A DNA stretch of 64,000 nt from Antedon mediterranea (taxonomy: Eukaryota; Animalia; Echinodermata): assembly GCF_964355755.1 (NCBI RefSeq), contig NC_092670.1, positions 40,536,388 through 40,600,387 on the forward strand. Reading direction: 5' to 3'. Under the pieces are notes generated by a model that was given only the letters and a program-made list of their open reading frames with translations, searched no databases and was not told the origin of the DNA. Within the stretch, counting starts at the first letter, position 1. Every line of letters starts with the position of its first letter. Below, piece by piece: positions 11,988-25,700 of this stretch. A program made the position numbers and the translations under genes.

Positions 11988-12130
11988 GCACGTGAGTCTT
12001 GTGTGCCAGAGGATCCGATGTAAAGTGCGGCAATACCACGTGACTCTTGTGTGCCAGAGGATCCGATGTAAAGTGCGGCAATACCACGTGAATCTTGTGT
12101 GCCAGAGGATCCGATGTAAAGTGCGGCAAT
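11988..12130 (-). repeat. 48-bp in-frame triplication ([16 protein letters not shown] x3)
   Basis: gtgtgccaga recurs at 12001, 12049 and 12097; single copy in the paralogs. Confidence 0.95.
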
Positions 12131-12969
12131 GATAGAAGGAAGAATTCAATTCCTATGAGTATGCCAGCGACGGATAGAATTCTCGGACGGTGAGATTTAG
12201 AGCCGTAATAAGTGACAAAAAGTAACAAAGATAATGTTACGATATCGTTGACAGTTGCGATCAGTCCGGATTTATAACTTGAAATTTGAAATTGTTTCTC
12301 AATGGTACTGATGCATCCTCCAAAATACATTGTCGCTGCAGTTATTGTGACCAACATTGGCACCGACAAACGTAGGAAGGTGATTGGTGACACAAAACGG
12401 GATCCGTCCCTGGATCAAACCACCGTCTTCGTCATTTTGAGACCGTAAGATGTCGACGGGGTTGGTGTCTCGCTTGCCGTCCTCATTGACGACGGCGGCA
12501 ACAGCGACAGGACATTAGGAAAGGAATCGTGTTTGGACATTGTGCAACTTTGTCTCTATTTGGAGACAATATTGTATAAAGTTGATCCAAACGGTAGAAG
12601 CAAGTTGTAGTAATTAAAATTCAGTTTAATTACATAATAATAACTTTTATTGGGTGATAAATTAGAAAACACGAAACTTAAAATATGTGCTTCCAAGATT
12701 TTGACATTTATTATACAGGTATGTCAAATGATTTTGATATGTAGAAAATACAGTGATGTAATAAAGACGTAGATCGATAGATAAAATGCCAAAGGTCAAA
12801 GGTCGGTTCTACAAATACTGTGCCAGGGCTTTGGAACTGTTTTTCTATTTTGTCGGAAAACATAAATTTAAGCGTTTTAATTATTACACAATAAGTTATT
12901 GTACGATAAACTAGAAAACACCGACTTTGCTTATAGAATGTTCACAATGACATTGTTAGTTTGTACATA

Positions 12970-13147
12970 AAGCTTGGTACGCAACGCAATGACGTAAGCA
13001 CAAAGTTATTTCACCAATCACAAAGCGAGGCATCATCTGAACTGTCATTTTGCGTCTACGTCCTTGCGCTGCGTCCTTGCGTTGCGCCCTTGCGTTGCGT
13101 CCTTGCGTTGCGTCCTTGCGTTGCGTCCTTGCGTTGCGTCCTAGCTT
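12970..13147. mobile_element. MITE family B copy with an internal (cgtccttgcgttg)n expansion
   Basis: aagcttggt...accaatcacaaagcg...13-bp repeats at about 13068-13142...cctagctt. Confidence 0.7.
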
Positions 13148-13861
13148 AATTTAGAAGAAGAAAACGTAAGTACTGTATACCGTAACTATTTTTGTGTAAA
13201 AATATGTAGAAAATAAGCATTCAAATTGACGCATGCGTAGTAATAAAACGTTTATTTAGTCTGTCTGTATAAATATAAAGTTACTTATAAATAAGCCTAT
13301 CCGATAATATAAACTATTATGAAGTTGAAATATAACACTTAACTTATTATAATGTATTTAACCGCTATTAATTTATATAAAGATGAAAGTCAAAGACGCG
13401 ACCAATAACGTTTATGAATTAATTATGTAAGACATACACAACTGCGCGCGCGTCCAAATGCTGTTAGGTGTATGATTTTTGTACGCATGCGTACGTCAAC
13501 ATTTTTTCCGTCCTTCCAGGCGATGGAAATCATTTTGAGAATATATACAATACAAAGTGTGTGGACGGAGACTAAAATAAGTTTGAGAACAAACATTACG
13601 GCATTGTTCACCGGTAACAAATTAAAATGAATTGTATAAATTTACGAATGAATAAGTAAAAGATAAGGCGAAGAATGCAATACACCGAAATAGAGACCTT
13701 AAGGTCTTCTTAAGAATTGAAAAGTTGTGTGCCATTAAAAGTATTTATATCTTTCTAAGAAAGGATGTATGTTTTTTAAATTAAACATTCATTTTGGCAA
13801 ATCTGGTTTATAATCATGGCGAAGAAATAGTTGTTCTAAACACTGCACTTCTTGTTTTAAA

Positions 13862-16800
13862 CTAAGCAGAGTTCTCGTTTTGGTTCTGTTTCCGAACAAT
13901 ATCCTTCCGCATAAGTTCCATTGGTTTGGATTTGTTTTTCTAGAGAGTAAAAAGTCAATTAATAATTTATTACGTTAGTTTGATGGAAAATAGTGCAGTA
14001 AATAATGTTATTCAGTGTTTAATGGTAAAGTGGAAACAACTATATAGCGCTTGCTGCTGTTTGTGACATTGTTGTTACTGTATGGTGATGACGTAATACT
14101 TACCTGCAGACGATCAGGGTTTATGCTGAAGTAGGTGCAGAACGACAACACAGCAGACAAGAACTTTAGAGCAATAAAGAGTCCAATGAACGTGTAGCGA
14201 TATTGCTCAAGATCGTAAACAAGACATACGCCCTCACTGTTACAGGACTCTTGACGAATCAGACACGTACTAGAAATGGCGGCACCGAAGTATATAGGTG
14301 CCGGAAAAAATCCTAGAAACAAATTTAAAAAATATCACTTTGTGTACAAAGTAACCGTTTAAATTATAAAAAAAAGCATATTTAGAATATCATAAACTAG
14401 AACACACATTTTGTTCTTGTTTTAGGTTAGAGTTGTCCAATGCAAGGTGATGATGTAAGACCACCAGACGATAATCAATACATAAAGTTCGTACTTAACG
14501 TACCAAGTATTCTGATGACGTAGGACCACCAGACGATCATCAAAACGTAAAGTTCGTACTTAACTTACCAAGTATTCTGATTATAACTGAAAGAAAAGCA
14601 AGTGAGATCCCACGATCTTCTGAATCAACGCATCTGTAATAAAACAAAAACAATTGAAGAAGATGTCAGGGGATGTCGCAATCATTAGCAGGACGTCACA
14701 CTTTGGTACTTTCTAAATCCGACACAAACTTACTTCGCTCAAACGATCCGACCAAGTACATTATTCTCTCCTGTTTTGTTTAGGAGGCGTGAAACTGATT
14801 GTGTCGCAACCACAGATGAAACATTTTGATCTAACGGAGCTCAGCATTCTGTTCTGGTGCTTTTTCATCGAGTGTTAATTAAACTCAGGCAATCTAACAT
14901 GAAACTGAGTTCCCTTTGCCAAGATAGGAACTAGTAACAGTCCTTAGATCTTATGGCTGGCTGCGACAAATACAGTCCCGGTACTATGTCTGTTAAGGGG
15001 CGTAGAACTTATTGTGTCGCAGCCACAGATAAACCCTTTGATCTCCGGAGCTCAGCATCCTGTTGTTAGATCACCTTGATAAAACAGACGAACACTTTAC
15101 TTTACGAAACATTACCTCAATGTCAGCATAACGTTAGGATTTGCCTGCATTTGGCCAAAGACTGCAACTACTGCAATAAGGATTGCAAACGGGAGTATCT
15201 TGTCACACGACCAGTCACATGATCCCTCGGTTGCAACTCCACCTTCAACCATCAAACCATCTGCAGCTTGCCAGGTGTCATCTGAATCTATGCAGCTACA
15301 ACCAAAGAAAACCTGCAAGAATATAAGAAATGTTACCTCACAAACAATGAAGATCTATAGCTCTCACACGTAGTTACTTTATAAATTATCATCAAAAAGA
15401 TTAGTTGGCATACGCGTCCAAAAATACATGCTGCGTTATCATATTTTGTACGCAAGTGTTGTCTTTTCAGCTAGGTGTACAGCTTGTTAATAAGACAGTA
15501 AAGTTACTCCATGTTTAATAAAGGCTAGAGTAATTTGTTTATTTATTAATATATTAAAATGAGGAACAATTGTTTACCGTTTTATTCGTATTATCGTCAT
15601 CAACATCATTTCCAAAGTCTTCTTCCCAAACGCCTACACAGCCAGCATGGCACGCACTTGTATACGTCATTCCGTTTGATCCACATACGGGTGTGTAAAC
15701 TCTATCTGAACATACGCAGTCAGAGTTACAGTAGCTGTTAGAATCTGGTAGTGAACTTTGAAGAAAAAAGGTTTCAAATTATTATATTATTTATATTTTG
15801 TACAGGTTTTTGGCATGTTGCCAAAGCAATATGTGTTAAATCATTTGGTATTGTAGATCAGTTAATAATACGACGGGGGATAAAATCTGAATCACCATAT
15901 AAGGGAAATTAATCAAAAACATTTACTATTGAAAAAGAAAAATTGGAGATAGCAAGAAGGTAGAAAATGATTAGACCAATCAAATGGCATATGGGAACCA
16001 AGAAACAGAGGAATTAGACTACTACGGGGGAGATAATAGCAAAGAGCAGAAAGACGTGAGGGCTACATCCAACAAGGCAATGAATACATACCTTATCTTG
16101 TAAGAAACATTGTACTGTACAGTGGCCCCAGCAATACGTGGGTTTGAGCAACCAATAAATAGTAAAGGAATACCGAAAACAAGCGAGCTCAACCCGAATA
16201 TTATGAGTAGTCTGCTAAGCCCATATTGTTTCAATTTGAATCTTTTAACAAAGAAACTACTCAGAATATTTGCTAATACACTTCCTGGTAAATTAATTCC
16301 ACCTGAAATTAGAAAAAGAAAATAAAATCAATAAAAATGTCAAATTAGAGTAGATCTGCTATCGGTGGTCACTTCTTTAACGTTTTACACAAACACACCT
16401 GTATTCTTGTATATGCAAATATTTGTACAGTAGATCCAATACAGATGAATTGCATATATTATCGTTAGTAAAGTTAAAAGTCTTTCATTCAATCTATCGT
16501 TCAATCCGGGTACTATCATAGTCAAGCTGTCTTTTTCACTGTCATTACCATGGGGCAAGAAAGACAATCGATCATATTTGCTAAAATACAATTGAATCTT
16601 TCTAACTTGTCCTTTGAGATAGGTATTTATACTTTATACATGACACTATACTGATAATATTTATTTGGTTTGATCATTATTGGTTATTCCTCTCCTTTAC
16701 CTCTGTTTATTTGATCTGAAACTTCTCTAAATTATCTCAATTATGTGAGCTTAAATCAAAAACTTATAATTGTTCACAAACCTAGGACTATAGATGCAGT

Positions 16801-18493
16801 TGCTGCTGAAATTGCAAATTGTTTTTCGAAGTATTTGGCGGTGAAAAAGGCGAACCCAGCGACAATGGCAAGTTCACAAGACGCCATTAGCTGAGCAAAG
16901 ATCACTGTAGGATTGGTTACGATCCTCTTCACTGCTTTCATAAGACCTAGCAACAAGAAATAAAATTCCATTCATTAATATGTTGCTGCAGGGGTATCCA
17001 TAGTTTAGGTTCTAGACGCAACCCAATGACGTAAGTGCAACGCAAGCGAGATGGCCAATGATAAAGCGTCAGTTTGGATACGGTAGTAATTCACTGCTTG
17101 TGAAATTACTTGCGTTGCGCGAAGTCTGAGGAGGTATGAACATGTATTACCTTTAACACTTGCTATCAGTCCTTTATCTTTATCCTGGAAAATATTGGCA
17201 CTGTACACGTCTGTGACGTTGATATCATCATTTAAAGCTTCTCTCTTTCCTTTTCGTTTAAAACATGAACACTCATACTTCTTCAATTGTCGAGGAAAGA
17301 AGAACAACGGGATAGAAAACATCATTATCAAAGCGCTGAAGATGACAAATCCAAGCCACCAAGCGCCAATCCAACGGGGATCGCTGGGGTCTGTGGGTAT
17401 GTTGTCGTCTTCGTCAACTCGATGGAAATCAACGTACAAAGAGAGACATTTAAAACTAGTGGTGAATCCGAGAAACGGGCCAAATGCAATTGACATGAAT
17501 ATAGCCGCTACAAAAGAAATATTATGTTTTAGAAAACAGTACAATACTGTACATATTATTATTAATGGTAAATAAACTTCACTTTACAGTACTCTGATTA
17601 CTTGACTACTTTACTTGTTTGAGTAAAATAATGCTGTTATTGAAAAAAGGAAAAGGTACACCATGTAGGCACGCGTTCAAACAATGTTAACGCGCGTGTC
17701 AATTCTGTGCCTCTTCGTCGTATTGAGATAAGAAAGAAAAAAACACACTCACCAATATAGATGGATGTTGTAGACGAATCCACCGTAGAGTCGTCAAGGT
17801 AGGTTAAAATCAAAGGGAATAGTGGTGCTCCGCCTATTCCAATAAAAATCTGTCCAATCACCAACCAGAAAACACCTGATGATTGAACCTCCTCACTTGA
17901 TTCACCACTGGTGCACGCATCCTCTACAACCTTATTTAGGTGACATAACTGATGTTCTACGTCTACATCTACGTATTCAGTTTCCTGTGTTTCATTGTAA
18001 AATACCACGTGACTCTTGTGCACCAGAGGATCCGATGTAAAGTGCGGTAGTGATAAAAGGAAAATACCAATTCCTACGATTATGCCAGCGACGGATAGAA
18101 TTCTAGGACGGTGATATTTAGAACCGTAGTAGGTGACGAATATCACAAGAGATAACGTTACGATATCATTGATAGTTGCGATCAGTCCGGATTTAGAACT
18201 TGAAATTTGAAATTGTTTCTCAATGGTACTGATGCATCCTCCTAGGTACGTTGATGATGCCGTTATTGCGACATACACTGGCACTGCCAAGCATAGGAAG
18301 GTGATCGGTGAGCTGAAGCGAGTACACCCGTGGATCAAACAATCTGTGTCGACGTCGCCGTTGTCGTCTTTGTATCGTTTAGAGTAGGGATGTATGTCGT
18401 CGAGGTGCTTTTGTTGTCCTGCTTCTCGTCCGTGTTGTCGTCGTCGACGGCAACGACAGGGGTGACATTAGGCAAGGAATCGTATTTGTACAT
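13862..18493 (-). CDS. SLCO/OATP organic anion transporter (copy 2), 9 coding exons, with an apparent 1-bp frameshift in exon 1
   Basis: Exons 18493-17753, 17507-17151, 16946-16782, 16302-16092, 15755-15578, 15312-15116, 14633-14569, 14312-14104, 13939-13862. OATP signature [20 protein letters not shown], Kazal-like C.C....[24 protein letters not shown]. Exon 1 is 741 nt but its phase-1 donor needs 3n+1. Probable 5'UTR exon donor at 18924-18925. Confidence 0.85.
14790..15068 (-). repeat. Intronic dispersed repeat (about 1.3 tandem units) shared with 28355-28555
   Basis: cagaatgctgagctccggagatcaaag...ctgtggctgcgacac...ttgtcgcag...ggactgtta occurs in SLCO copy 2 intron 6 and copy 3 intron 7. 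Confidence 0.7.
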
Positions 18494-19299
18494 GACTGCA
18501 GTTTGGTCTGAAAGGGGAATTTTTAGAATTATAACATTCAAACGGTATAAAGACCCTGTAGGAGGTGATAAATAAAATGCATGTTTTTTTTCAAATATAC
18601 GATAAATAAAGGGTTTTAAAATAGACCTATATTATACCATTATCATTGATTCAGAACGTGAAATGAAATAACATGGCGTCCAGGGCATGAACGCCTTGGT
18701 CGACTGATTGTTTAGTAAATTGTTCATTCATTTTTCCATTTATTTGATCGACAAAAACGTCTATGACTTCTAAAAAGTCAATGACGCTCTATAGCTCGCA
18801 AGCCAAAAGTCTTAGCGAATTAAAGTCCTAGCGGCGGAGCAAAAGTAGTTGCACAATTTTACAAATAAATTTCGCTAAATATTGAAAATATATGTCTAAC
18901 CTAGACATTGAATTATCTTACTTACCCAGAAGTACCTGTACTGGATTACTGTTGGATGACAAATGGCAAACTTGACATGCCTTTTGTATATTGAATTCAA
19001 CTTATATAACAACAATAGTGTGCACACGTGACTGACTATCCGATTACTACATTCTTGTTACTTCTAAAGGCGATAGAAACTTCTTTGGAATCATTGATCC
19101 ATTCTTATCTGTCTTTGTCAGTTGTTGTTGTAGTAGGCCCTTAAAATAAGTTAACAGTGTTTCGGTTTGAACCTAGCGTTATTGTATGACATTATAGTGC
19201 AAATATCAAAGGTGTTTCCCGGGTTTAAATGTCTTAACATGATTGTAAAGAAATTGCATTTTATTTGTCAGGAATTTGTATGATTTATTTCTTTTTTAT

Positions 19300-19368
19300 T
19301 TTTAAATGCGCCTTGAGCACTCTGGAGTGGTATGTGCGCTATAAAAATCTTATTATTATTATTATTAT
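19300..19368 (+). mobile_element. L2-type LINE/SINE 3' tail fragment
   Basis: gcgccttgagcac...gtgcgctataaaaatct(tta)n; same tail architecture as 63583-63655 and 48175-48245. Confidence 0.6.
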
Positions 19369-19837
19369 AAAGAAAGTTCAAAAGTACTTAACAATTGCTA
19401 TCAATAAAACAAGACAATAGCATGCGATCATACTATAAAGTAACCAACATGTTGCATATTAGTTTGCTAGACAATAACATGACAAACACATCATCTATAT
19501 CTTGTTATATTAACAATCGGGTGATATTTTGACGAACTTTCGGTTCGGAGACGCGTCGAACCGTGATTGGAATTCAATAGGTTTACCGGTCACCCTGGGA
19601 CCGTCCACATTGGCCGTGAGGATTTGGTCAGTATTGTCCAAAATAGACTAAATTGTTGTCTAAATGAGAAAGTGTTGTCCGGAATAACGAAAGCGGTACT
19701 ATCTTAATTGTGCCTGGACAGTCCCTTAATCGAATCGAATGTTCGTCATGTGTAGATTATCGTAGAAATGTTGTTTATTACTGTTTTCAACAAATTGTAT
19801 ATTTTCTCTTAGTTATTGTAAGGTCTTTAAATGTGTT

Positions 19838-20203
19838 TTATGGACAAATTCGTATGTGTTCAAGTGTAGCCTGTGGCGAGTCTGTACAAAAATTCCACAT
19901 TTTGGACAAATCTGAATTTTCCTATTACCGTTTCTCCATTTAGACACAACACTGTCGCTGTTCTGACAAAATGTCGACGTTTTGGACAAATTCGAATTCT
20001 CTATATTTGACAGTTCTCCATTTCAACACAACACTGTCGCTATTCTGAAAGAAAAATTTTCACATTTTGTACACAAAATCTGATTTTCTTTGTATTAAAC
20101 AGTTGCTCTTTAATTTTGGATACCACACTGTTGTTATTCTCGACAAAATGTCCACATTTTGGAAAAACTGAATTTCCTTATATTGGAAAAATGTCCACAT
20201 TTG
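19838..20203. repeat. Degenerate tandem repeat of about 80 bp
   Basis: Recurring ttggacaaat..gaattt...caacactgtcgct.ttctgacaaaatgtccaca; inverted similarity at about 19630-19690. Confidence 0.7.
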
Positions 20204-22473
20204 ATGATGATTTTTATTTAAATTTTGCATCTAAATAAATTGCCAACTATATACCATAAACAAACTATCATCCAGGCTTTGACTAAATATTTGACTACTG
20301 TACCGGTACGTGAATTTACCGTTATCTCATACCAGAATTAACTTAGGTACGTGTGAATGCACCAAACACCGTGTTTCATTAATCACTCTAAACTCGTAAG
20401 CAAACTTCGATATTTGTATAATAATTTTTAAATACGATAAACGAATCTAATCTGATAGTATAGCTTAATTGGGCTCTGAAATAGGCCTACTGAATCCTGA
20501 TTTATGAACCAATTATCGCTAAATTTGGTGGTTAGATCCACCAACTTATACCTGGGACTTGGTATAACTTCTAAGTCCCTAACGATTGCTGTTATTGCCA
20601 CTTTCGCCTCACATCGTCATTCACGAGAGTATGTTTGATTTCATGGATAAACACCGACCTTACGTCACCTTAGGTCACATTAGGTCACCTTAGGTCACCC
20701 TATCTTATTAATTACATTTAACATTATATATTATGTTAAATTACATGACATTTTATATATTGTAAGAAAAGCTAATATAAATCACACATTTTAAATTCAA
20801 TTAAGAAGTTTAAATACAAAAATGATGATAAAATGAAGACAAAATCTATTCAAGAAAGAATCGTGAAGTTCTACCCACAGTCGCGGCAAAATATATAAAT
20901 AACATATTTGATGACATGAAAGATAATATTAATGTGAATAAAATGTGATGCTGTATTATGGAATTCTCCTATAATACTGGAGAATCTAGATAAAGTACCG
21001 ATAATCGGGGTGACCGATTGATGCATTTGTTTTATATAAAGAATTGCAGTATACCGTAAACATTGTCGATTGCAAACCAGATGAAGTAAGTTTTTTAATT
21101 TATTAATCTTTCGTGGTTAACCACATTTTTTTTAAATATATCTTCTACTGTACTTTTTTGTCTTCGTAATATTCTGTTTTTGTACAATTAGTAAGTATTG
21201 TGGTTTTATTTTTACGTTGAGTATACTTTCACGTAAATAAAGAAATTTGTTTGCGGAGTTAAATACATAAAAAAAGATAACTTTCTGTTTGTTCCTAAAT
21301 AAAACTCACCGCAAGAACGTAAGAGCACCGCAACCGAGTTGATCAATGGGAAGAGAAACTTTGAATCATCCATCGCTTTTGATTGGTCACATGCTTGGGT
21401 TGCGCCTTTGTCGTTGCATTGCGCCCTATCAATGGAAACCAAGCTTTTAACGAAAGTCAATTAAATAATGGACGACGAGTAACGTATATAAAAAGTTACG
21501 TAAGTTTTCTTGCAAACGAACCTTGAATTCAAATAGATAACAAAGCATGTTTGTTCAGAGATTAAATTAATGCTTGTTAGTGTTTACATTAAGCAGTTGT
21601 ATATTGTAGTAGGCCGAGCATACAACGCCTTGTGACGGTACGATGATCAAAACTCACCAAAAAGTAAGTAACATAACATTTTTTAAGCAACATTCTATAG
21701 GGTTTTGTGTCGGTAAACTTGACATATATGTCGTATACGTTTTGAAGTACTGTAAAGCAAACTGTGTTTAAATTATTACACGATCAAAATCTGCCGTCGT
21801 CCCAATGAGGTGATTTATAACTGATCACGTGAACATCATTCAGATTGCGTTTCTACAAAATACATGTCCACTAAGGATGGATATATTTTAAATATGTGCT
21901 ACGCAGAGAGCAGCAGAGATCTTGCACCACCATAGCAAAAAACAATAAATGTAATAAAATATATAATTTATATAAGATATAAAAATAGCATTGGTATGTC
22001 ATTGTCATGATCGAAAGAGATATAGTATAGGCCTACAGGTGTTTTGGAAATTGCACAGAGAAACACCTCCCTAAGTCGGGTGCCAACTTCGGTGGTGTGG
22101 ACACAGTCCATTCGAGTGCGCATCCGATTATACAGCTGTCTCTAGGTAGATGCTAACTGCGTATTGACAATCATCTAGATACAAGTCTAGTAGGCCTACT
22201 TGTATATGCATATTATATCAGTTACTACCCAGAGACACATGTAGAGGCAAGTAAGTGTGATATCTGTATGGTAACCCGTATGGTAATCCTCGTCCGACCG
22301 AGAAATGGCCGCATGTGCCCTCAAATACTGATGACGCATGTAAAATGCTATTTCTATTCAATGGGTGTAGCAGAGTATGATGACGTCGAGTTAAATTGTC
22401 CAATATCCACATCAGGCGCGCGCATTTCTTGTCTTCTGTTCACCACCCCAACATAAATCTGTCTGTAAATAAT

Positions 22474-22630
22474 GCTTTGTCTACACACTATCCAACTTTA
22501 TGTGACAAACAAATGTGATGTGCCCATATATGGACATGATGTCATATCACTACCATATTAGGGTAATAACCACCATATTTGGGCACATCCCTTTTGTTGT
22601 CAAACTGGTTTGATAATGTAGACAGAGCTT
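22474..22630. mobile_element. MITE family A copy just upstream of the first coding exon of SLCO copy 3
   Basis: gctttgtctacacactatccaact...gtttgataatgtagacagagctt with the family core. Confidence 0.85.
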
Positions 22631-22707
22631 TAGTCTGTTTACTTTTATCTGATGGTCACTTACTTTTCTTGCAGTCGCAGTCAAGTGTAAATGGAGAAAG
22701 GTTGCAG

Positions 22708-25700
22708 ATGTATAAATATGATTCACTGCAGGATTTCCAAAATGAGAACGGGTTTACCGAATCGGAAAAGAAAGTCGACGATTACCATGACAAGGACACA
22801 CAATGTACCATCAAGGCGTGCACCAGATTTAGTAGTCCGGTGGCGTTCTTATGCTTTTTAGTCCCTATGTATGCAGTGATCGTGGCGACATCGACGTATT
22901 TTGGTGGCTGTATAAGTACCATCGAAAAGCAGTTCCAACTTACAAGTTCTCAATCCGGTCTGCTTGCAACCGTCAACGACGCGGTAGGTTTATCTGTCGT
23001 CGTCTTCGTCACGTTCTACGGTAATAAATCTCACCGTCCTCGAATTATCGGCAGTAGCGGTATCATCGTAGGCATCGGCTTCTTCCTTCTGGCAATGCCG
23101 CATTTTACGACCGATCCCGTATCGTACACGGATAATTCATATTCGCTGCAGGCGAATGAGAATGATTCCAATAGCCGCCAAGTCAATAACAAGGAACTAT
23201 GTTCGGTGGATGATGTCGCGCAAGATCGTTGTTCATCTGGTGACGTCGCGGAAGACGCGCCAGCCAGTTTGTTCTGGTTGATAGTTGGTCAGGTATTACT
23301 GGGTGTTGGCGGATCACCTCTTTTTCCCCTGACCATTACTTATCTGGACGATTCTACTGTGGATTCCACGACAACCTCGGTATACGTAGGTAATTATCGG
23401 GTGCTTCTTTTTGTTCTATTATTCATCACCATCCATCCATTACGCTTCCCTAATTACACCTCTCACACTGCGTCACAACACAACCTCGATATACTGTAAT
23501 CGGTTAAATGATTAGTTGGTCTTAAGAATCCACTTCATCATTTAAACATTGTGCATATTATTTTTACTTTCACTATTGATCTGATCGTTTATTTAGCAGA
23601 TATTGATACATTGATTGTATCAGATTCGTTTTCGTATCATGTTAATATCCGTGGTACGCATCCTTTTGCGTGGAAAGAAAAAAAAAGAGTTTTCATTTTA
23701 TTATTATTATTATTATTATTATTGAATATTATTGATTATTAATTTATAATTATTATATCTCAATAGCTGGACTATTCATGGCAATGGGGTTAGGACCTTT
23801 CCTCGGATTTGTAATGAGCTTTAAATGCCTGTCGTTCTACGTTGATTTTGAACGAGTTGACGTCATCCCGATAAGCCCTACAGATCCCAGATGGATTGGT
23901 GCTTGGTGGCTTGGCTTCGTCATAGCAAGCATCGTCATTATTCTATTCTCCATTCCACTTCTATTTTTCCCGCGAAAATTAAACAAGTACGAATTAACGT
24001 GTTGTGGAGGAAGCTCAAAGGAAAAACCAGAAGAGGGAGCTTTCAGTATGGCTGATATTTACAAAAATGATATTATATCTCATAAGAAAAATGGTATATT
24101 GGCAAATTTAAGAGGTAAGCCATATTTTTAAGCATTTTTTCTCATTTGTTTGTTTAAGCGGATTAATGCGCTTTTGATAACCGTCTCAAAGCGCCGTTGA
24201 ACCAAAATGTTATAACAGATACACTACAACATACATCTCCCTTAAGGGTTATTCCTTCGTGTCGAGTGCTTTCACCAAACGGCAGGGGTTTAGATGGACC
24301 AGTATACACCAGGGGAACCTCCTACCCTTCCGAGAGATGCACTTGGTTCTTTAAAGTGCACACAAGCAAGATTTGAACACTGGATCTCCAGTTTTAAGTC
24401 CTTATTTGAGAAGACATGTTTTACCACCAGAACATGGTGGAGAGAGCTTTGAACAAATCACGTTGCGCTTACGTCATTGCGCTGCGTCTCTAGTAGGTTA
24501 ACATTAAAGACATTTTTAAACCACTTTTCTCAAGAGCTGTTACTGGCAATCAAGAGGTTACTATTAAATCCTACCTTAATCATCCTGAACCTGTCCATCT
24601 CCTGTGAACTTGCAGTTGTGGGTGGATTTGCTTTCTTTATGGCTAAATACGTTGAAAATCAATTCGGATTGACGGCAGCTACAGCGGCCATTATCATAGG
24701 TGAGGATGTTCAGTGTGGATATATTTAATTCGTTAATTACTTAAAAAAAAGTTGACTTGATAGCGGCTTCAGAGAGCACCTGGTTTAATTATTAATTAAG
24801 AATTTAGAAGTAATTCTAGTAAGTAATTAAGTAAGGCAGTAGGCAGTAATAAAGCAACTTAAGCAGTAATAAAACAACTTAAGCAGTAATAAAGCAACTT
24901 AAGCAGTAATAAAACAACTTAAGCAGTAATAAAGCAACTTAAGCAGTAATAAAGCAACTTAAGCAGTAATAAAGCAACTTAAGCAGTAATAAAACAACTT
25001 AAGCAGTAATAAAGCAACTTAAGCAGTAATAAAGCAACTTAAGCAGTAATAAAGCAACTTAAGCAGTAATAAAGCAACTTAAGCAATAATAACGCAACTT
25101 AAGCATCTTATTTTACAGGTGGTATCAACTTACCAGGGAATATAATTGGCAATATCATGAGTAGTTTCTTCGTTAAAAAGTTCAAACTTACCCTATTTGG
25201 TCTTGGTAAAATGCTCTTAACTGTTTCGATCTGTTCCTTCTCCTTTGCATTGCCTATTTTGTTTATTGGTTGTTCTAACCCTCCGATTGCTGGTTTGACA
25301 ACTCCATATAACACTTCATTCAGCCAGGGGTGAGTACAGACTTTATTTTATGAATAGAGAAACCAAAATAAAATTATAAGGCTGTTAGCAAAATTTATAC
25401 ATCAAAACAAGATCATGTGAAACGTATTAGATAATATATATATAATGCGTCAGAGCCGGAGATTGCACTCGTGTGATTGATAAAGGAAATTAGCAATAGA
25501 TTTTTTCCAGTACTTGAGTTGCTACTGCTAGCGATGGTGTTGGTAGGCATTCATTCATTCAAGCGGTAACGGTAAGTGGAAAACCGCGGAGCATGTCCAG
25601 AGCGGCTTTCCGCTCAACCGCCCTGTTGTGTTAAAGCTTGGTTCCCACTAGAACGTAACGCAAGGACGTAAACGCAATTCAACGCAAGCGTTTTAACCAA

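Larger units (their letters stand above)
11150..12540 (-). pseudogene. SLCO/OATP pseudogene (copy 1): only exon 1 and the last exon remain
   Basis: ATG at 12540 (MSKHDSFPNV) runs out of frame. Exon 1 is highly similar to 17753-18493, with a 48-bp triplication and a stop-creating insertion, and ends at donor gtgagt (about 11720). The last-exon homolog starts at 11224 (AAA AAC AAA TCC TAA, premature stop). Exons 2-8 are absent. Confidence 0.88.

Noticed and set aside
22579-22707. N-terminal extension of ORF 22579-23499
   Set aside because: Starts at a TTG inside a MITE and crosses the acceptor at 22673-22674; the start matching the paralogs is the ATG at 22708.
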